NCBI RefSeq assembly: GCF_006345805.1
Contig: NC_043009.1
Coordinates: forward strand, 1,984,001 to 2,048,000
DNA length: 64,000 nucleotides
Origin: Octopus sinensis
Taxonomy: Eukaryota
Direction of reading: 5' to 3'
The notes beneath the pieces are model-generated. The model was not told where the DNA came from. It saw nothing but the letters and a program-made list of their open reading frames with translations, and did not search any database. This document shows positions 12,180 to 26,849 of this stretch, in pieces. Within the stretch, counting starts at the first letter, position 1. Each line of letters opens with the position of its first letter. The position numbers and the translations under genes are program-made.

Positions 12180-12600
12180 TTTCTATTCTAGGCACAAGGC
12201 CCGAAAGTTTTGGGGAGAGGGTTAGTCGATTAGATCGAACCCAGTACCCAACTGGTACTTAATTTATCGACCCCGAAAAGATGAAAGGTAAAGTCGACTT
12301 CGGCGGAATTTGAACTCAGAAGCTAGCGGCAGACGAAATACTGCTAAGCATTTCGCCCGGAGTGCTAAAGTTTCTTATTTCTTTATTGCCCACAAGGCAT
12401 AGAGGGGACAAACAAGGACAGACAAAGGAATTAAGTCGAGTACATCGACCCCAGTGCGTAACTGGTACTTATTTAATCGACCCCGAAAGGATGAAAGGCA
12501 AAGTCGACCTCGGCGAAATTTGAACTCAGAACGTAGCGTCAGAGGAAATATCGCTAAGCATTTCGCCCGGCGTGCGAACGTTTCTGCCAGCCGCCGCCTT
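12180..12600 (-). mobile_element. Two tandem SINE family B copies
   Basis: Two head-to-tail reverse-complement copies of 4184-4420 (gaatttgaactcagaa...gcatttcgcccgg). Confidence 0.85.
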
Positions 12601-12857
12601 AGAGACATATAAGTATTGACAGCAAGGCTGAATACAACAATGTGATCCATCTTCTATGTGCGAGAATCCATTGCCAAGCCTTTGTGAGTTGAGAAATACA
12701 TCGCTAAATAAATTTGAATTATTAACTACGTTGAAAAATTCAAACAGGAACTTTTTCATAGCATCAACAACAGCTACAACAATAATACTAATAATAAGGA
12801 TTTCGGTTATTTGCGGACAGTTTACAATTTGTGTCGTTATTTTCATAAAAAATGAAA

Positions 12858-12983
12858 GGAGAGGGGGGGGGTGAGAACGTTGACTTTCCAGGCGTTACGG
12901 AAATCCCATATTACGGTGTATTTTCAGGAGCGCAACATATTGGTAACGTGGACGTATACCAGTAAAGGAGCGTGGAGAAATGA

Positions 12984-13019
<36 letters not shown>

Positions 13020-13022
13020 GCC

Positions 13023-13055
<33 letters not shown>

Positions 13056-13260
13056 TTTGATATTTGTAGAATAAAATGACAACATTATCGACCAAACAAC
13101 TGGAGAGAGAAGGGTGAGAACATTGACTTTCCAGGCAACACAAGGAGGATGGTATCGCGTTACGGAAACCCTATATAACGGAATATTCTCAGGAGCGCAA
13201 CATGTTGGTAACACGGGCGTGTGCCTACAGTAAGAGGATCGTAGAGAAATGGACTACTAT

Positions 13261-13303
<43 letters not shown>

Positions 13304-13405
13304 GCCACTACTGTTGCTACTACTGCTGCTACTGCTGCTGCTGCTGCTGCTGCTCTTTTTAATATTTCTAGAATAAAATGGCTACATTATCGACCAAATA
13401 AATGA
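12858..13405. repeat. Diverged tandem duplication, each unit with an internal (CTA)n-(CTG)n tract
   Basis: gtgagaac(g/a)ttgactttccaggc...caggagcgcaacat...tagaataaaatg...acattatcgaccaaa occurs twice; units start at ~12858 and ~13102. Confidence 0.85.
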
Positions 13406-14282
13406 GAGTGAAATTATTTCTATTAAAAAGACAAAAGACAATGTATAGAATGTACTTCAGACATTAAAAAAAGTAGGTTAAACTCTATTCGGTACTTAAT
13501 CTCCACGTGAATTTGTACTTCAAACGGGAAGTGATGGCTGTTTAAAAAGATAATAAGCCAGAGGCTTAGTATTAAAAAAACGAAACGAAACGAAAAAAAA
13601 AACCCCACAAATTCTTCATCCGAAAGTGTTTCTAAATCCGTCACTAACCTCTTTGGTTCGAGGCTTTTAATCGTTAAAAAAAATACTGTTGAAGTATTGC
13701 GGAATCTGAGAAATTAAATATTTTATTTTATTTCGATTTGTTTTATTTGTTGCAGCAAAAAAAAAACAACAACAAAAAAAATAATTCCTTCGAAATTAGT
13801 TGACGGTGTTGTTGTTATTGCAGTCGTTGTTGTTGTCGTTGTTATTATTGTTGTTGTTGTTGTTGCTTAGCTCCAGAGCAGCCCTGATCGAGCAACCATA
13901 CAAATACTCCAGCTGCGGAAAATCCTGTTTTTGTATTTTTAAATTTTGTGTTATTTTATCATTTTATTATGTGTCACAATATATCTAGGGACAACATAAG
14001 TTTATACGTCCTGTGGGGTTTCTGAGACAGCAGGATATGATTTTGGTGGTGGTTGTGGTAGTAGTGTTGGTGGCAGGTAAATCTCGGGGCTAAATTCAAA
14101 TTTAATAAATCAAGCGACCACGTTGGGACTGATGCGTTTTTGTCACGTGATACACTGATTCAATTTAATATATCTTTCTACCATATTGGAAATGAGTGAA
14201 CTCGTTTAATAAGTGGCAACAAATGTAAACCAAAAGAGAATACAGGAAAATTAGCAAATAGACGTTGGCTTGAGCGGGTAGT

Positions 14283-14422
14283 CAGAAGTATACCCCGTAC
14301 CCACATGGCCCCGGGTTGTGTTCCACCGCATGGCACCTAGGACAAGTGTTTTCTGCTATAGCCCAGGACCTGCGTAAAACGTGTGAGTGGATTTGGACAA
14401 ATGAAACAGAAACGATCATGGG

Positions 14423-14453
<31 letters not shown>

Positions 14454-14778
14454 CGCGTGTGTGTGTATCGAAACACTGAGTAGATAAAACAGGGGACAAC
14501 TGATGAAGGAATTGTCCTTTAAGTTGCCTGTCTCGTTTCTCTAATTGTTTCTTTCGTTGTCCGAAAAAAAGTTCGTTTTCCATGTTTTTTTTTATGTTCT
14601 CGTTTTTCATTTTGTTCACGTTTGTTTGACGTCCTGTACTCATATATGCATGTATATATACATATATATGTACGTATGTACATATATGTATGTATATATA
14701 CTTATATATTTATATATATTATTTATATTATATCATATATATATATATATATATAATATATATATATATACACACACC

Positions 14779-14813
<35 letters not shown>

Positions 14814-15055
14814 TATATACATGCATACATACACACACATATATATATATGTGTATGTATATGTATGTTTATCCCCTTCCATCGCTTGACAACCGGTGTC
14901 AGTTTACCTACGTCCCCGTAACATAGCAGTTCGGCAAATGAGACCGATAGAACCTAGAACAAAAAATAAACACCAGAGTCGATTTTCTTCACTGAAACCC
15001 TTCGAGGTGTTGCTCTAGCATGGCCGCAGTCCTGTGAGTGAAACAAGTAAAAGAA
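14283..15055 (+). mobile_element. SINE family A with expanded microsatellite core and an unrelated ~180-bp insertion
   Basis: Head part 14283-14440, tail part 14880-15055 ending gaaacaagtaaaaga. Confidence 0.65.
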
Positions 15056-17272
15056 ATGATTAAAAATGAAAATAGACAATTATCGTTTAAGAAATATGTA
15101 CGAGAATGATGAAAGGCATGTGCCTTAGTGAAGAAGTGTTGTTCTCACGATCGCGAGGTCGTGGTTTCGATTCCTGGCCTGACCGCTGCGTTGTATTCTT
15201 GAACAAAATACTTCATTTCATGTTGCTTTGTGATAACTTCCACATCGGATATGAGGAAAACCGTGCACTTAATCAGACAATATTGATTTTGATGAAGGAA
15301 GTGAACTAATTTATGGCACAAAATATTGAATCACAACAAATTAATTTTCTGTTTAGGGTGTTGCTATTGTAGCTGTTAAACCTCACAGCAGTTCTAATTA
15401 ATCAACCAATGGCGTAAGACATTTCCGCTAAGACAGTCTGCTCTTTCTTTTAAGCATTGTGCCTCTTGGAATACATTAGTCAATGGATTCATCCCGTACC
15501 AAGACACGGTTTGATTTGAGTCTGTTTTGGTTAATATTTCTAAATGGCTGAAGACCGGATAGCGGATGATCGTTCGTTCTCATAGAGACTGTTTCCTTTG
15601 AGAGATGTCGTTAGACAGTATTTGACAAATTATGATACATACAAATAAAAAGAATAAAGGATCTTCGTTGGAGTTGCTTACGTTTATACGATATTTAAAT
15701 TGTTTATACTATCCTAAGCTTTAGCTGTATAAACGAACCAGTCATGTATTTTTGACTTCTTACAGGTTTCTTCGTTGAATAGCTTCGACTGAAGGAGGAA
15801 TCTCTAATGCAAATCCAATCATCAATAATGCTCTATGTTCGTAGACTCGTTGTATTCAGGCTGGTTCGAGCCGCCCAGCAATTAAAATCTGACACGTAAA
15901 CTCGATAGGGCATTCTTTCTAACACTAAGAGTGAAGTCGGTATATAATTAACAGTGGTTGATTACCGAGTTCTGATGTCGATCAGATAAACGGTTAATCT
16001 TTTCTTTGAATCACTTAGAAACGAAAATTAAATGAATGAACGTCTTTCTATTACTAATTATTTCTTCGAATATTAACTCCAGGAAGTATAAATATCTTAC
16101 ATCTGTGTAAGAAAATACATATTCATTTATTCGTGGACTACGATATATACTTATTTTATATTAAAACGAGAACTCCAATAAATGAGTGTGTTGAGAAGTG
16201 TTTTGGAAGAGCTGAGCTTGTATGCCTTCGGAAACAGTAACCTCACTAAGTGGTATATCTTGTCTGTCTAATTAACTTTTACCTAGAATCACACAACCCT
16301 TGATAAATGTCTAGATTCACGAATATTGAGCCAAAGTTGGATTGTGAAATTGCTTCACATTGCATTGTGGAGCTCATACGAAGCCATATGTAGACATATA
16401 TATATGTTCAGAGGTTTTCTCATTCTATAGTCACAATAATGTTTAAATCGGAGAATGTTGTTAATATCGGTGATATGTTTAACTTGAGGAATTTTCATAA
16501 ATCTTTGGCCTTTAAAAAACAATGCCATAAGATATTGCAAATATTTCACACATTTGCTAATCTATCAACTGTTACAAATATAGCTCTTACGAAACCCCAA
16601 GAAAAATATATTTGTTTTTCACAAAATCCTTTAAATTTAGTTTACCAAAAATTTGTGTTTCTGTTTTCTTTTAATTCGTAGAATTGTGTTATATTATTTT
16701 TGAATTTTCCAAATTGAATTAATCTGTTGTTTGTCACGTGGAAAATCCTTATTATTACATTATTCATTTTTCGGTAATTCTAAAAAAATATTTTCTCTAA
16801 TCTTAAATTATGTTATCCTTCTAAAATTGTCTCTCACCATAAAGCTTGTTTTATTATTTTTTTCACTGAACGAAAATTGACATTTTCCTATAAAGTATAG
16901 AAATAATTTTCGCAATCAAAAGGAAGATTTATTTTTTATCACTCCATCATGGTGCTGATATTTTTAATGTAATGCCATTATTTCATAACTCAGTAAGTAA
17001 ACAGTATTAGAGGAAATAACTGCATAAATTATCTAACGTATACCGGCACACATTGACGTAAATTCCTGGAAACACGCACCCACACCATGTTGTAAAAAAA
17101 GGCGCCCTATTAAAACTTACTAAAAGATATTTAAACATAGATTCATAGATTCACAGCTATTGGAGAGGTGAGGAAATATAATGTTAAAGTTATAATTTTC
17201 CGTATGTATACATACATACACTGCATGTATATATATATATACATACACACGCATATACTACACACACATATG

Positions 17273-17303
<31 letters not shown>

Positions 17304-18292
17304 CGTATCTACCAATCTCTAGTGGAATGAAAAGCACAGTCGACCCCAACCGAGTTTGCTTTTAATATTATGGGTGCTGCGTTGCATTCAGTGACTGCTA
17401 ATACAAAACATTTAAAACCATATTTACTTGGAAGTAGATTAGATATGAGGAATACAAAAAAGAAATGAAAAAGAAAAAGAAAAAAAGCAGTTAGAAACAG
17501 GATAACAAGGAATCGACTGGAAACTGAATAGCTGTTTGATAGATTTAAAGCAGTACGATGGAATCTTCTCGAAATAACATTAAATATAATTTTCCTTTTT
17601 TTTTTCCTTTTGGCTTGACATCTATTTCCCTTTTCATGTTAAAAATTATTTACCGTCATCTTTTTTCTTACTGAAAAACTTGAAAGAATTTATTATGAAT
17701 ATTAGGATTTACTACATTCTAGTGAATTCCAACATAGTGAATTTCAATATTTTTTTTTTATCAAATATAACATTTCATATACCCCTGATAAGAAATAAAA
17801 AGAAGTGTTTCCTTTATAATCAATGAAATAACTACGCCATCACAGGTTAGACATATTTTAGTCCAGTTCTTATTCAGAATTCACACTCACAGTTTTTATA
17901 GAAACGAAGAAAAAGTAATGTCGAAAGAAATGGGAAAGAAAAGGCATGAAATAATAAAACTGAAACCATATAGAGGAAACAAAACAAGATTAATAGATTA
18001 CATTCCCCCGACGATGGAATATTCCCCGCCCCACAAATGAAATCATGCTGTCGTTTGGAACACAAAACGTCTTTTAGCATCAGATATTTAAGATACGAAG
18101 AGAAAAATAAATAAAATAAAATTTCTATACACTAAAGTTATCAAAGTTTTTGAGTTATTAAAATAAGATTGCGGCTATTTCTATTTGTCTTGAAGTAAAC
18201 CATATGTCAGAGGAGAGATAGATAGATAGAGATAGAGAGGGAGAGAGAAATAAGAAGAAGCAGAAGAAGAAGAGAAAGAGGGATATACTCAC

Positions 18293-18421
18293 AGAGCAGA
18301 AGAGTACTTCGTTTAAACAACCTTTCTTGGTCCACTACTATTCTGTTGTCGGGAAATTTCTTTTCAATCTGTCACTGTCACATGTTCGTTACTCGCAGGC
18401 AAATTATTCTTTCAATATTAA
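18293..18421 (-). other. Candidate non-coding or 5' UTR exon
   Basis: GTGAGT donor (actcac 18287-18292) and pyrimidine-rich acceptor ttcttttgtcattatttctgcttatatag|; stops in all frames. Confidence 0.2.
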
Positions 18422-18825
18422 CTATATAAGCAGAAATAATGACAAAAGAATCCCATTTTCTTGCTTGTGCCAGCCGATATTTCTGTGGAACAAACTCATT
18501 CAGTTACAATTATATCAATTATAGTGGCGGTAATGTTATTGAAAAGCTTTATTTACCTGCTCATTAATTTTAAACAATGCAATCCATAACGCCATTTCAT
18601 CAGGAAACCTGCATTTTATCTTTCTATGAAATTCCATAACTTTGCGGAATTTCCATTATAAATTGAATATCCTTACGCCCATTACATACCGATACAAATA
18701 CATAAATACAAAATATAAAATACACTAATAGAAACACAGAGAAGGAGATTACATATAGACTTACGCACATGCAAACATACAGCGGAACATAGTTACTCTC
18801 TGGTGCGTCTCACGCATTTATAATT

Positions 18826-19084
18826 CCGCCATTTTCCCCAAACGTCTTGCCGTGGAGCATAGAAATGTAAAAATATACATACGTGTCCATTTTATTCACT
18901 TTCACGTATCTCCTGATGCACATACTTAAACATGTCTCTCACCATTTGTTCTTCATTTCTGCTCAACGTTTCTTACCTGTTTCACTATCAATTGTCTATC
19001 AATACGATTATTTCTTTGCCGACGACATATATACAACACACCCAGAGGTGATAACTACCTTTCAATCCAACTTAATTACACTTC

Positions 19085-19170
<86 letters not shown>

Positions 19171-19526
19171 ATATACAGTATACCTACCATTCTGTATATA
19201 TGTATGAGTTTCTTTCTAGGTCTCTTTCACAAACACACTCACATACACACACACACGCACACACACACACTCTCTCTCTCTCTCTCTCTCTTTCTCAGTA
19301 TCTCTCAACCTATCCGTATATCTGTGCGTATATTCTCTTCATTTTTTTATACACACATGCTCCCTTGTCTGTCTCCTCTTTTCTCCCTCATATATATATG
19401 TGTGTGTGTGTGTGTGTAGGGAGAGAGAGAGAGAGAGAGATTGATTATATATACATATATATCATATATATAAATATATATATCCACACACACATACACA
19501 CACACACGCACGCACACACACACACA

Positions 19527-19559
<33 letters not shown>

Positions 19560-19864
19560 CATACATACATGCATAGATACACACATGTGTATGTATATAT
19601 ATCTCTCACATATATCCACATTCACTTGTATTTATATAAACCAATGGAACTCGTGGCAATTTATAAACATTTATGTCCGTCATGAAACACATTTAACTAA
19701 TGTAGCTGTCTTCAGCAATATGGCGTCTTGTATAGCGAAGTATCCCGTTTCTGATTGGTCACAAAGCACCTACCTTAGGCCACACCTATTACCGTTGCTT
19801 TGAACATCAGCATGCATTGAATCAATCATCTGCGCGAAAGGAGCCATTGATGACTAACATGGCG
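18826..19864. promoter_or_regulatory. Possible promoter/enhancer motifs
   Basis: YY1-like CCGCCATTTT (18826-18835), AATATGGCG (19717-19725) and AACATGGCG (19856-19864); CCAAT box CTGATTGG (19751-19758). Motif matches only. Confidence 0.25.
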
Positions 19865-20347
19865 ACGTAGCAGTGACAATGGATTGACATTTTGGAAAAT
19901 TGGACTTGTCACTTTGAGCTTTATTAATACTGTAATTTGATATAGCCAGATCTAGGGAGAAATATAGTGAATGCAAGGTGAATCAATGGACGACTACGAA
20001 ATCTCGAAAAGAGCGATTTTCTTTTAGTATAATGATGAAGAAAATTATGGATGTTCTCTGTTGGTTCTCAGTTTATATTTCGAAATCTTCACTTACCAGG
20101 CTAAACTTCATTTCATTTTCTAACAGTTAGGAATGAGTAATCATCACACATTTGTTGCATTCCTGCACTTATTTACCTTCCTGCATGGAAATATTGTATA
20201 TCTGATGAGAGTGAGTCTATGTGGTTAATGGGAATGTTTGAAATAACAGCCAATTCTCTCTCACATGACCTTGCCACTGCCTTAGAGATGCAACACTTCA
20301 TCAATAATGTAGAGCTATATATAATCTTGCGAAAGAACTACAATATC

Positions 20348-20489
<142 letters not shown>

Positions 20490-20534
20490 GTATAATTTCT
20501 TTCACTCTCCCTCTCTTTCTGTTTCTCGGTATAC

Positions 20535-21150
20535 ACACATACACAGTCGTTGATAAATTGTTACCTGGCAAGAAAAGAAAAAATGCCAGGGAAGACAGCA
20601 AGAATCTTTAAAGTTGGTGAAAACGTGTATATGAGGGCATATAAGTATGGAAACCAGAGTTGGGAAGGTGGGGCAATTACTAAATGCAGAGGTAAAAATG
20701 ACGTATTGGGTAAAAAGTTAAAAAGGTATACAAAAGACATAAGAACGAACTGAAAAAGAGATTCAGGAAAAGCGAACCAAAGAAGCTGGAGGAACTGATG
20801 GAATGGTTGTACGATGCGTTCCAAATACCAACGCCACTGCACGGGATTGAACCCAAGCGTACAAGTGAGAGGAAAAGAAAATATACAGGTTTCCTGAAAA
20901 CGGATGCCAAGCGCAAAAAGTATTAGATTGTACGAAAAATAACTCAAAAAGGGAGGTTGAGGGGGTGAATAAAAAAATTATTATTCCTAAATAAAATGAC
21001 ACCTCCTAAGAAAAACGTAAAAGGCGAAAGGTTGTAGGGAATTAGTAATAATACTACACGCTTCTCACGTGACGAATGGAATGACTTAGTCACTATAAGC
21101 AAAGAGAAGTGCAAGCAGTACCAGAGTACGTAGAAGGCGGTCAGGGATAG
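20535..21150 (+). mobile_element. Ty3/Gypsy remnant: integrase C-terminus, PPT and start of the 3' LTR
   Basis: VVDKLLPGK, then FKVGENVYMRAYKYGNQSWEGGAITKCRGK, a frameshift to KMTYWVKS, then KRTSERKRK...DAKRKKY*, followed by aaaaagggaggt (PPT-like) and TG. Confidence 0.7.
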
Positions 21151-21164
21151 TCGTGTCTTTACTG

Positions 21165-21310
21165 GTTTACTCTTTTACTTGTTTCAGTCATTTGACTGTG
21201 GCCATGCTGGAGCACCGCTTTTAGTCGAATCAAATCGACTCCAGGACTTATTCTTTGTAAGCCTAGTACTTATTCTATCGGTCTCTTTTGCCGAACCGCT
21301 AAGTTCGGTG
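21165..21310 (-). mobile_element. SINE family A 3' fragment
   Basis: tactcttttacttgtttcagtcatttgactgtggccatgctggagcaccgc... Confidence 0.85.
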
Positions 21311-21317
21311 ACGTCTT

Positions 21318-21572
21318 GAGCGGGATGGGCTTTTCGGCCTGAAGAAAATTCCAGTTGGACTCCACCTGGAAGGTCATGCGCTGTTTACCTTGATATGATA
21401 TCACTCTGTCGCGTACATATGATTGTGATGCATGGTCTGCCCTTATCAGGTACCTGGTATACTCTTATCAGACGGGTAGTCATAATGAGTATACTGGGCT
21501 TCGTATATTTTACCCCAGTTTCACTTTGATGGCATACGCTGCTCTCTCATTCAATAATAGCAATAAGAATTA
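21318..21572 (+). mobile_element. 3' end of retroposon family C with (AAT)n-like tail
   Basis: gagcgggatgggc...ccccagtttcactttgatggcat...ctctctcattcaataatag; homologous to 35347-35645 and 35975-36215. Confidence 0.8.
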
Positions 21573-22034
21573 TATAAAAGTGCAAACGACACAATGAGTG
21601 TGCTTATTATTCGTCTAATGCCCCTACCCTTCCGAAATACATGTAAAAGTTTTATAGCAATATCAAATCAGCCGTTTCAGTAACCACCTTGCATATATTA
21701 AAGAGCATCTGACAATGTCGGGTAGAATCACATATGCCAGAAACGAAACAGCATTTCGTTAAATATTCTATTTTATGAGGAAAAGTTTTTGATAGTCAAC
21801 CAATCATAATTAAATTTCTTTACATGCTCGAGTCGTTAAGAATTCTGAAGAAATATTTGATATTTTACTCATCGTATTTCATAGCACGGGCTGGGGATGG
21901 GAAATGCGTTTGTTTTCATAGGAGAATTTTGATTGATATGTTTGCATAAAGAATGGCAAACGAAAAACTCGATCAATAATTACGTAGTAGCCATGTTTAT
22001 TTCCCTTTCCCCAGCGCATATGCACATATGTCAT

Positions 22035-22110
<76 letters not shown>

Positions 22111-22566
22111 AAGATATATACATATATACATACATCATATATATATATGTATATTGTATATAATATATTTATGTATGTATATGCATGTATATATGCATGT
22201 ATATATACATACATACATAGATACATTTATATACGTACACACTCATATATTCATACATACATATACACACACATTTATATATACATGCATATAACATTAA
22301 CTTTTATTTTTGTGAAATGTTATACATATATATATGTAAACAGCTAAATATTTTATTAAAGGATCAATCAATAAATTTTAGTAGAGTATATGTTTATGAT
22401 TTCTCCAAGGAAAGGCTAATTGTGACTTCGAAGTTTTAGGCTTAGTAATCACCATCAGGCAATGTAATGACGGTTACAAGACTGAAAGTCCAAACCCGCT
22501 ATTAGACTTTTCTTTGCATAAGGTATTATATATATTATATATATATATTATATATATATATATATA

Positions 22567-22651
<85 letters not shown>

Positions 22652-23256
22652 CGTGTGTGTTTGTATGTAGAAGGTTGAAAAGAAACACACAAGTTGATAT
22701 GTATAAGGAAAATAAGACAAGGTAGAAAATGCTAAAATAATTTTATCATGCTGAACACTTTGGTACCGGTTTCAGTCATTGCGACTTTTTCAACTTAGAG
22801 TGAAGCATGAAAGACAATTAAATTGTGGAAAATTAAATGAAATATATAAAAAAATATTCTCATAGTTTTCAAATCTGAGGGACATTCTCCTTTTTTCTGT
22901 CCGTGTGTCTCTTTCTTCTTTATTCTTGTGAAGGCTTCGTAACAGTCTTCTGTTTGTGTGTATGTGTGTGTGTGTGTGCTTGTGTGTGTGTGTGCTTGTG
23001 TGTGTGTGTGCTTGTGTGTGTGTGTGTGTAAATATATATATATATATATGCTGATGCAAGGAAAAGTCTAGCAGCAGTTTTGGTATTTCATCCTTGTAAC
23101 CATCGTTAGCCTTTTCCTTGGAAAAATCTTAAACATATACTCTACTAAAAATGATTGATTCATCCTTCAATAAAATATTTAGCTGTTTATATATATATTA
23201 TATATATATATATAACATTTCACAAAAAGAAAAGTTAATATTATATTCAAGCGTGC

Positions 23257-23301
<45 letters not shown>

Positions 23302-23397
23302 ATCCAAACATGAAAACACAAAGAGAAAACACAACAACGCGAGGACGTGGAATAAGCATAGTATTATTGAACGCTCAGGAAGAAGGAAGGAAGGAGG

Positions 23398-23432
23398 GTT
23401 CAACGTTTCGAGTAGAGCTCTTCGTCAGAAAC
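23398..23432 (-). ncRNA. Minimal type I hammerhead in a PLE terminal repeat
   Basis: Minus strand: GTTT-CTGACGA-A-GAG(ctcta)CTC-GAAA-CG-TT-GAAC. Zero-loop palindromic stem III (ACGT), GUU triplet, 4-bp stem I. Lies just 3' of the PLE ORF remnant in the same orientation. Confidence 0.65.
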
Positions 23433-23544
23433 ATAGGAAAAGGAAAGATCCAAATAAGGGAAAACGGAGGAAAAAAATCGCCAACGGTACACACGTGGTC
23501 ACATATGTGTGTGTGTGTGTGTGTGTGTGCGTGTGTGTATAAGT

Positions 23545-24990
23545 ATGTGTATCGATACCTGAACATCCTTGTTACTTATTTGCATTTTGTACACCCAACT
23601 TCCAGTTGCGCAGACTATACCGAACTTGATTGATGCCTCAATTTATATACCTAATTCAACGTGATCTTAATTATATTTCTTATATTGAGGTGGCTACTAT
23701 GGCTAATTTTACTGTATTTCTATTGAAGATCTTATGATATTTATGTGAGTCTGGAAAATGAGTATACATAGGTTTCAGAAATCATCTCGTCATACCTGTA
23801 ACCATATTCATACTATATGAAGGATAATACCATAACATTTGACTCATTCTGTTAGGCGTGTTTAAGTGTAGTTTGAAAAAACTTGTACTGTTCTTAGAAT
23901 CGGCCCTTTCTAATACTTTATTGTTCTATGGAGCAGTCTTTGTGAAACTTAATTCATCGCATGATATGTATATGTTGGAAACAATCTTAGTAATGCTGTC
24001 AACTAACTGTTTCATTATTGACGGAGGATGATTAGAATCTCTGTCCATGTTGCAGATATCTTCATTTGTTTATGGAAAGCTTTAAAGTTGCTTCTACTAA
24101 GGTTCATATTAACGTGTACGAAATCTATTACTTTAAGATTAGTGCTAATTATAGTTTTTGGGCACAGTTGACTAAATATTTTGCATACTTTCTATCTTAT
24201 TCTAAAGCTATCATGACTATTTTTATTACGTATTACTCGTGGACTGTCCTACCAATATAATCCTATGCTGGCGAATTCTATTTCATTGTTATACGATGTA
24301 GAAGCCAACCAGATCTGTTAACCATTTGCTACCTTGTTTTCTCATTGAAACATTAAACAGTTCGTCTCTATTCTTTTCCTTCGAAAGAGATTAAATTTAG
24401 AAGGCAATGATTTCCTTGCGTTCTTTATAATGGCTGTATAGGTGATAATGGCAGTTGCACGTGCCTTCCAAAACTGGAGTGTCTCCCGTAAGAGATCTTT
24501 GGAGGTCGAGGTGTAAAACTCCACGATGTCGAACTGTGCAGATTTGGATTTGCGCTTTTCTCATTCAGTGGTTGCGTTGTTACATATACATTATTTAATG
24601 CTTGAGGCGGCTCCGGTATGTCTCATGATATGTCTTTATTATGCTTATTTCGCTGTTTTTAGGATTTGTTAGCCTACAGTTAGGGTTGTGCGTGAAATTG
24701 TCTTTATCGTTCTTCATGGTTAAGAAAGGTTTCCGTGAATTGGGGCATTCTACTCTACCTTCGATGTTAAATATCATGACTGGTTTTTTGCCTTACCGTT
24801 TATAAAATTACAAGTCCTACAATTCATTTTTTAATGTTTTAGATATATTATCGATTAACAATTTATGTATGCGATTATCTCTCTCATAAATAATTTTGTT
24901 TTATCTGCTTTCATAAATGCGTTTGGAGAGTTCTTCAGAGGTTCAAGAAATGTGTGTTATTCATGTCGGAAACTATTGGATATATGTTTG
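23545..24990 (-). pseudogene. Decayed Penelope-like retroelement RT and linker
   Basis: Minus-strand motifs in colinear order: FMKADKT; PFLTMKNDKDNFTHNPNCRLTNPKNSEI; EFYTSTSKDLL...IIKNARKSL; ELFNVSM; IGLYW*DS (decayed GLYRDD); NHPPSII; MLWYYPSYSMN...FLKPMYTHFPDSHKYHKIFNRNTVK. Confidence 0.85.
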
Positions 24991-25039
24991 AATTTAACAC
25001 ACAGGAACACACACATATTTGTATGTAAATTTATACAAG

Positions 25040-25061
25040 TTTCTATCTATCTATCTATCGC

Positions 25062-25095
<34 letters not shown>

Positions 25096-25117
25096 GATCA
25101 TCTATCTATCTATCTAC

Positions 25118-25203
<86 letters not shown>

Positions 25204-25529
25204 GTCTGTCTGTTTTACTGTCTGTCTGTCTGTCTGTGTGTGTGTGTTTGTGTGTGTCTGTCTGTCTGTGTGTCTGTCTGTGTGTCTGTATGTGTGTCTG
25301 TGTGTCTGTCTGTCTGTCTGTGTTTCTGTGTGTCTGTCTGTGTGTGTCTGTGTGTCTGTGTGTCTGTCTGTGTGTGTGTGTCTGTGTGTGTGTCTGTGTG
25401 TGTGTGTCTGTCTGTGTGTATGTGTCTGTCTGTCTGTGTGTGTGTGTCTGTCTGTATGTGTGTGTGTATCTGTGTGTCTGTGTGTGTGTGTGTTGTGTGT
25501 GCGTGTCTCCCTGTCTTCCTACCTGCCTG

Positions 25530-25613
<84 letters not shown>

Positions 25614-25615
25614 AT
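25040..25615. repeat. (TATC)n / (TGTC/TG)n compound microsatellite
   Basis: Directly visible. Confidence 0.95.
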
Positions 25616-25659
25616 ATCTAATACCTATCCTTTCTTTTATCTTTTCTTTGCAACAATCT

Positions 25660-26062
25660 TTAGATTGCAGTCATGCAGGGTCGAAGCCTTGGAGATATTT
25701 TAGTCAAATGAAGCTACTCCAGTGCTTTGTTTTCAAGCCTGGTACATATTTTCTTTTGCTGAACCGCTAAGTTACGGGGAGGTAAACATACCAGCACTGG
25801 TTGTCAAGCGATAGTAGGAGACACATACAAGCACAAAGATACACACACACACAAGGACACAGACACACACACACACATACACACACTCAAATGTGTATAT
25901 ATATATATATACTACAGTTTGCTTTCAATTTTTGTCTACCAAATCCACTAACAAGTCTTTGGACGGTATGTGGTTATAGTAGAAGACACTTGATATAGTT
26001 ACTCACACTGGATATGAACCAGGAGTCATGTCATTGAAAAGCAAGATACTTACCACACAGCC
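25660..26062 (-). mobile_element. SINE family A, diverged
   Basis: Colinear with 9374-9835, ending cttaccacacagcc. Confidence 0.75.
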
Positions 26063-26849
26063 GCACTTGCGCCGTGATCACGTGACCGACCATAATATCG
26101 GATGTCGTTACACAGCGCTTTATATAGTTTTAACCTTCGAGTGATGCCACCTCGCTGGCTAGGTGAGCAGGTCAACGTTGGCCTCCGATCGAAAAGTGGA
26201 CTGGAGCAGTGTGAAAAGTACACAAAAACCCGGCTGGTCTGGGAACCGAACCCGGGAACTTTCAAGCGCTTTCACACACACACAAACACACACACATACA
26301 CATACATACATGTATAATCAATAACTTTAAGTTCGGGTATACACTTTGTAGTATGTCGTTTAAAGCCCATTCACAGTATTCGGCTACTTGATGTCATCAT
26401 AAGTATGGATGTTTATGCCATTGGATATACTTCAGGAATTCCTTCGTGTCCGTAGTGTCTATAAAATATATGAGAGAAAGAAAATAGAATCCACAAAATT
26501 CTTCATTATTCTCTACTATCGTTTCGCATCTCACCGGTGAGGCAGCGGTGCATGATGGGTCGAAACGATCGTAGTGAATAAAAAGGAATTTCATGAATTC
26601 CATTTTCCTTCTGTCTTTATAAAATATATAAAGACATGTACATATGATGTACACTCTCATTCGTGGATGAGTTGAAAATCACCAACAGAAATATTTGCTA
26701 AATGTAAAACGACGAAGGCCAACCTGCAATACAAGACTAACTTCAGATCTATTACGAATTCAAATATGGTTTTTATGCTTCACATAAAAGGGTTTACTTT
26801 AGTAAGTTAACATAAAAATGTCCAATGCAATATATTGCTTGCTTCCTTG

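Noticed and set aside
14468-14530. GAAAC...CTGATGA arrangement suggesting a type II hammerhead
   Set aside because: Stem I and stem II cannot be paired.
20127-20210. Open 84-nt plus-strand exon-like segment; similar cases at ~22440-22522, 49338-49397 and 55619-55686
   Set aside because: Splice-like ends and an open frame, but no recognisable homology and no consistent phase chain; expected by chance in 64 kb.
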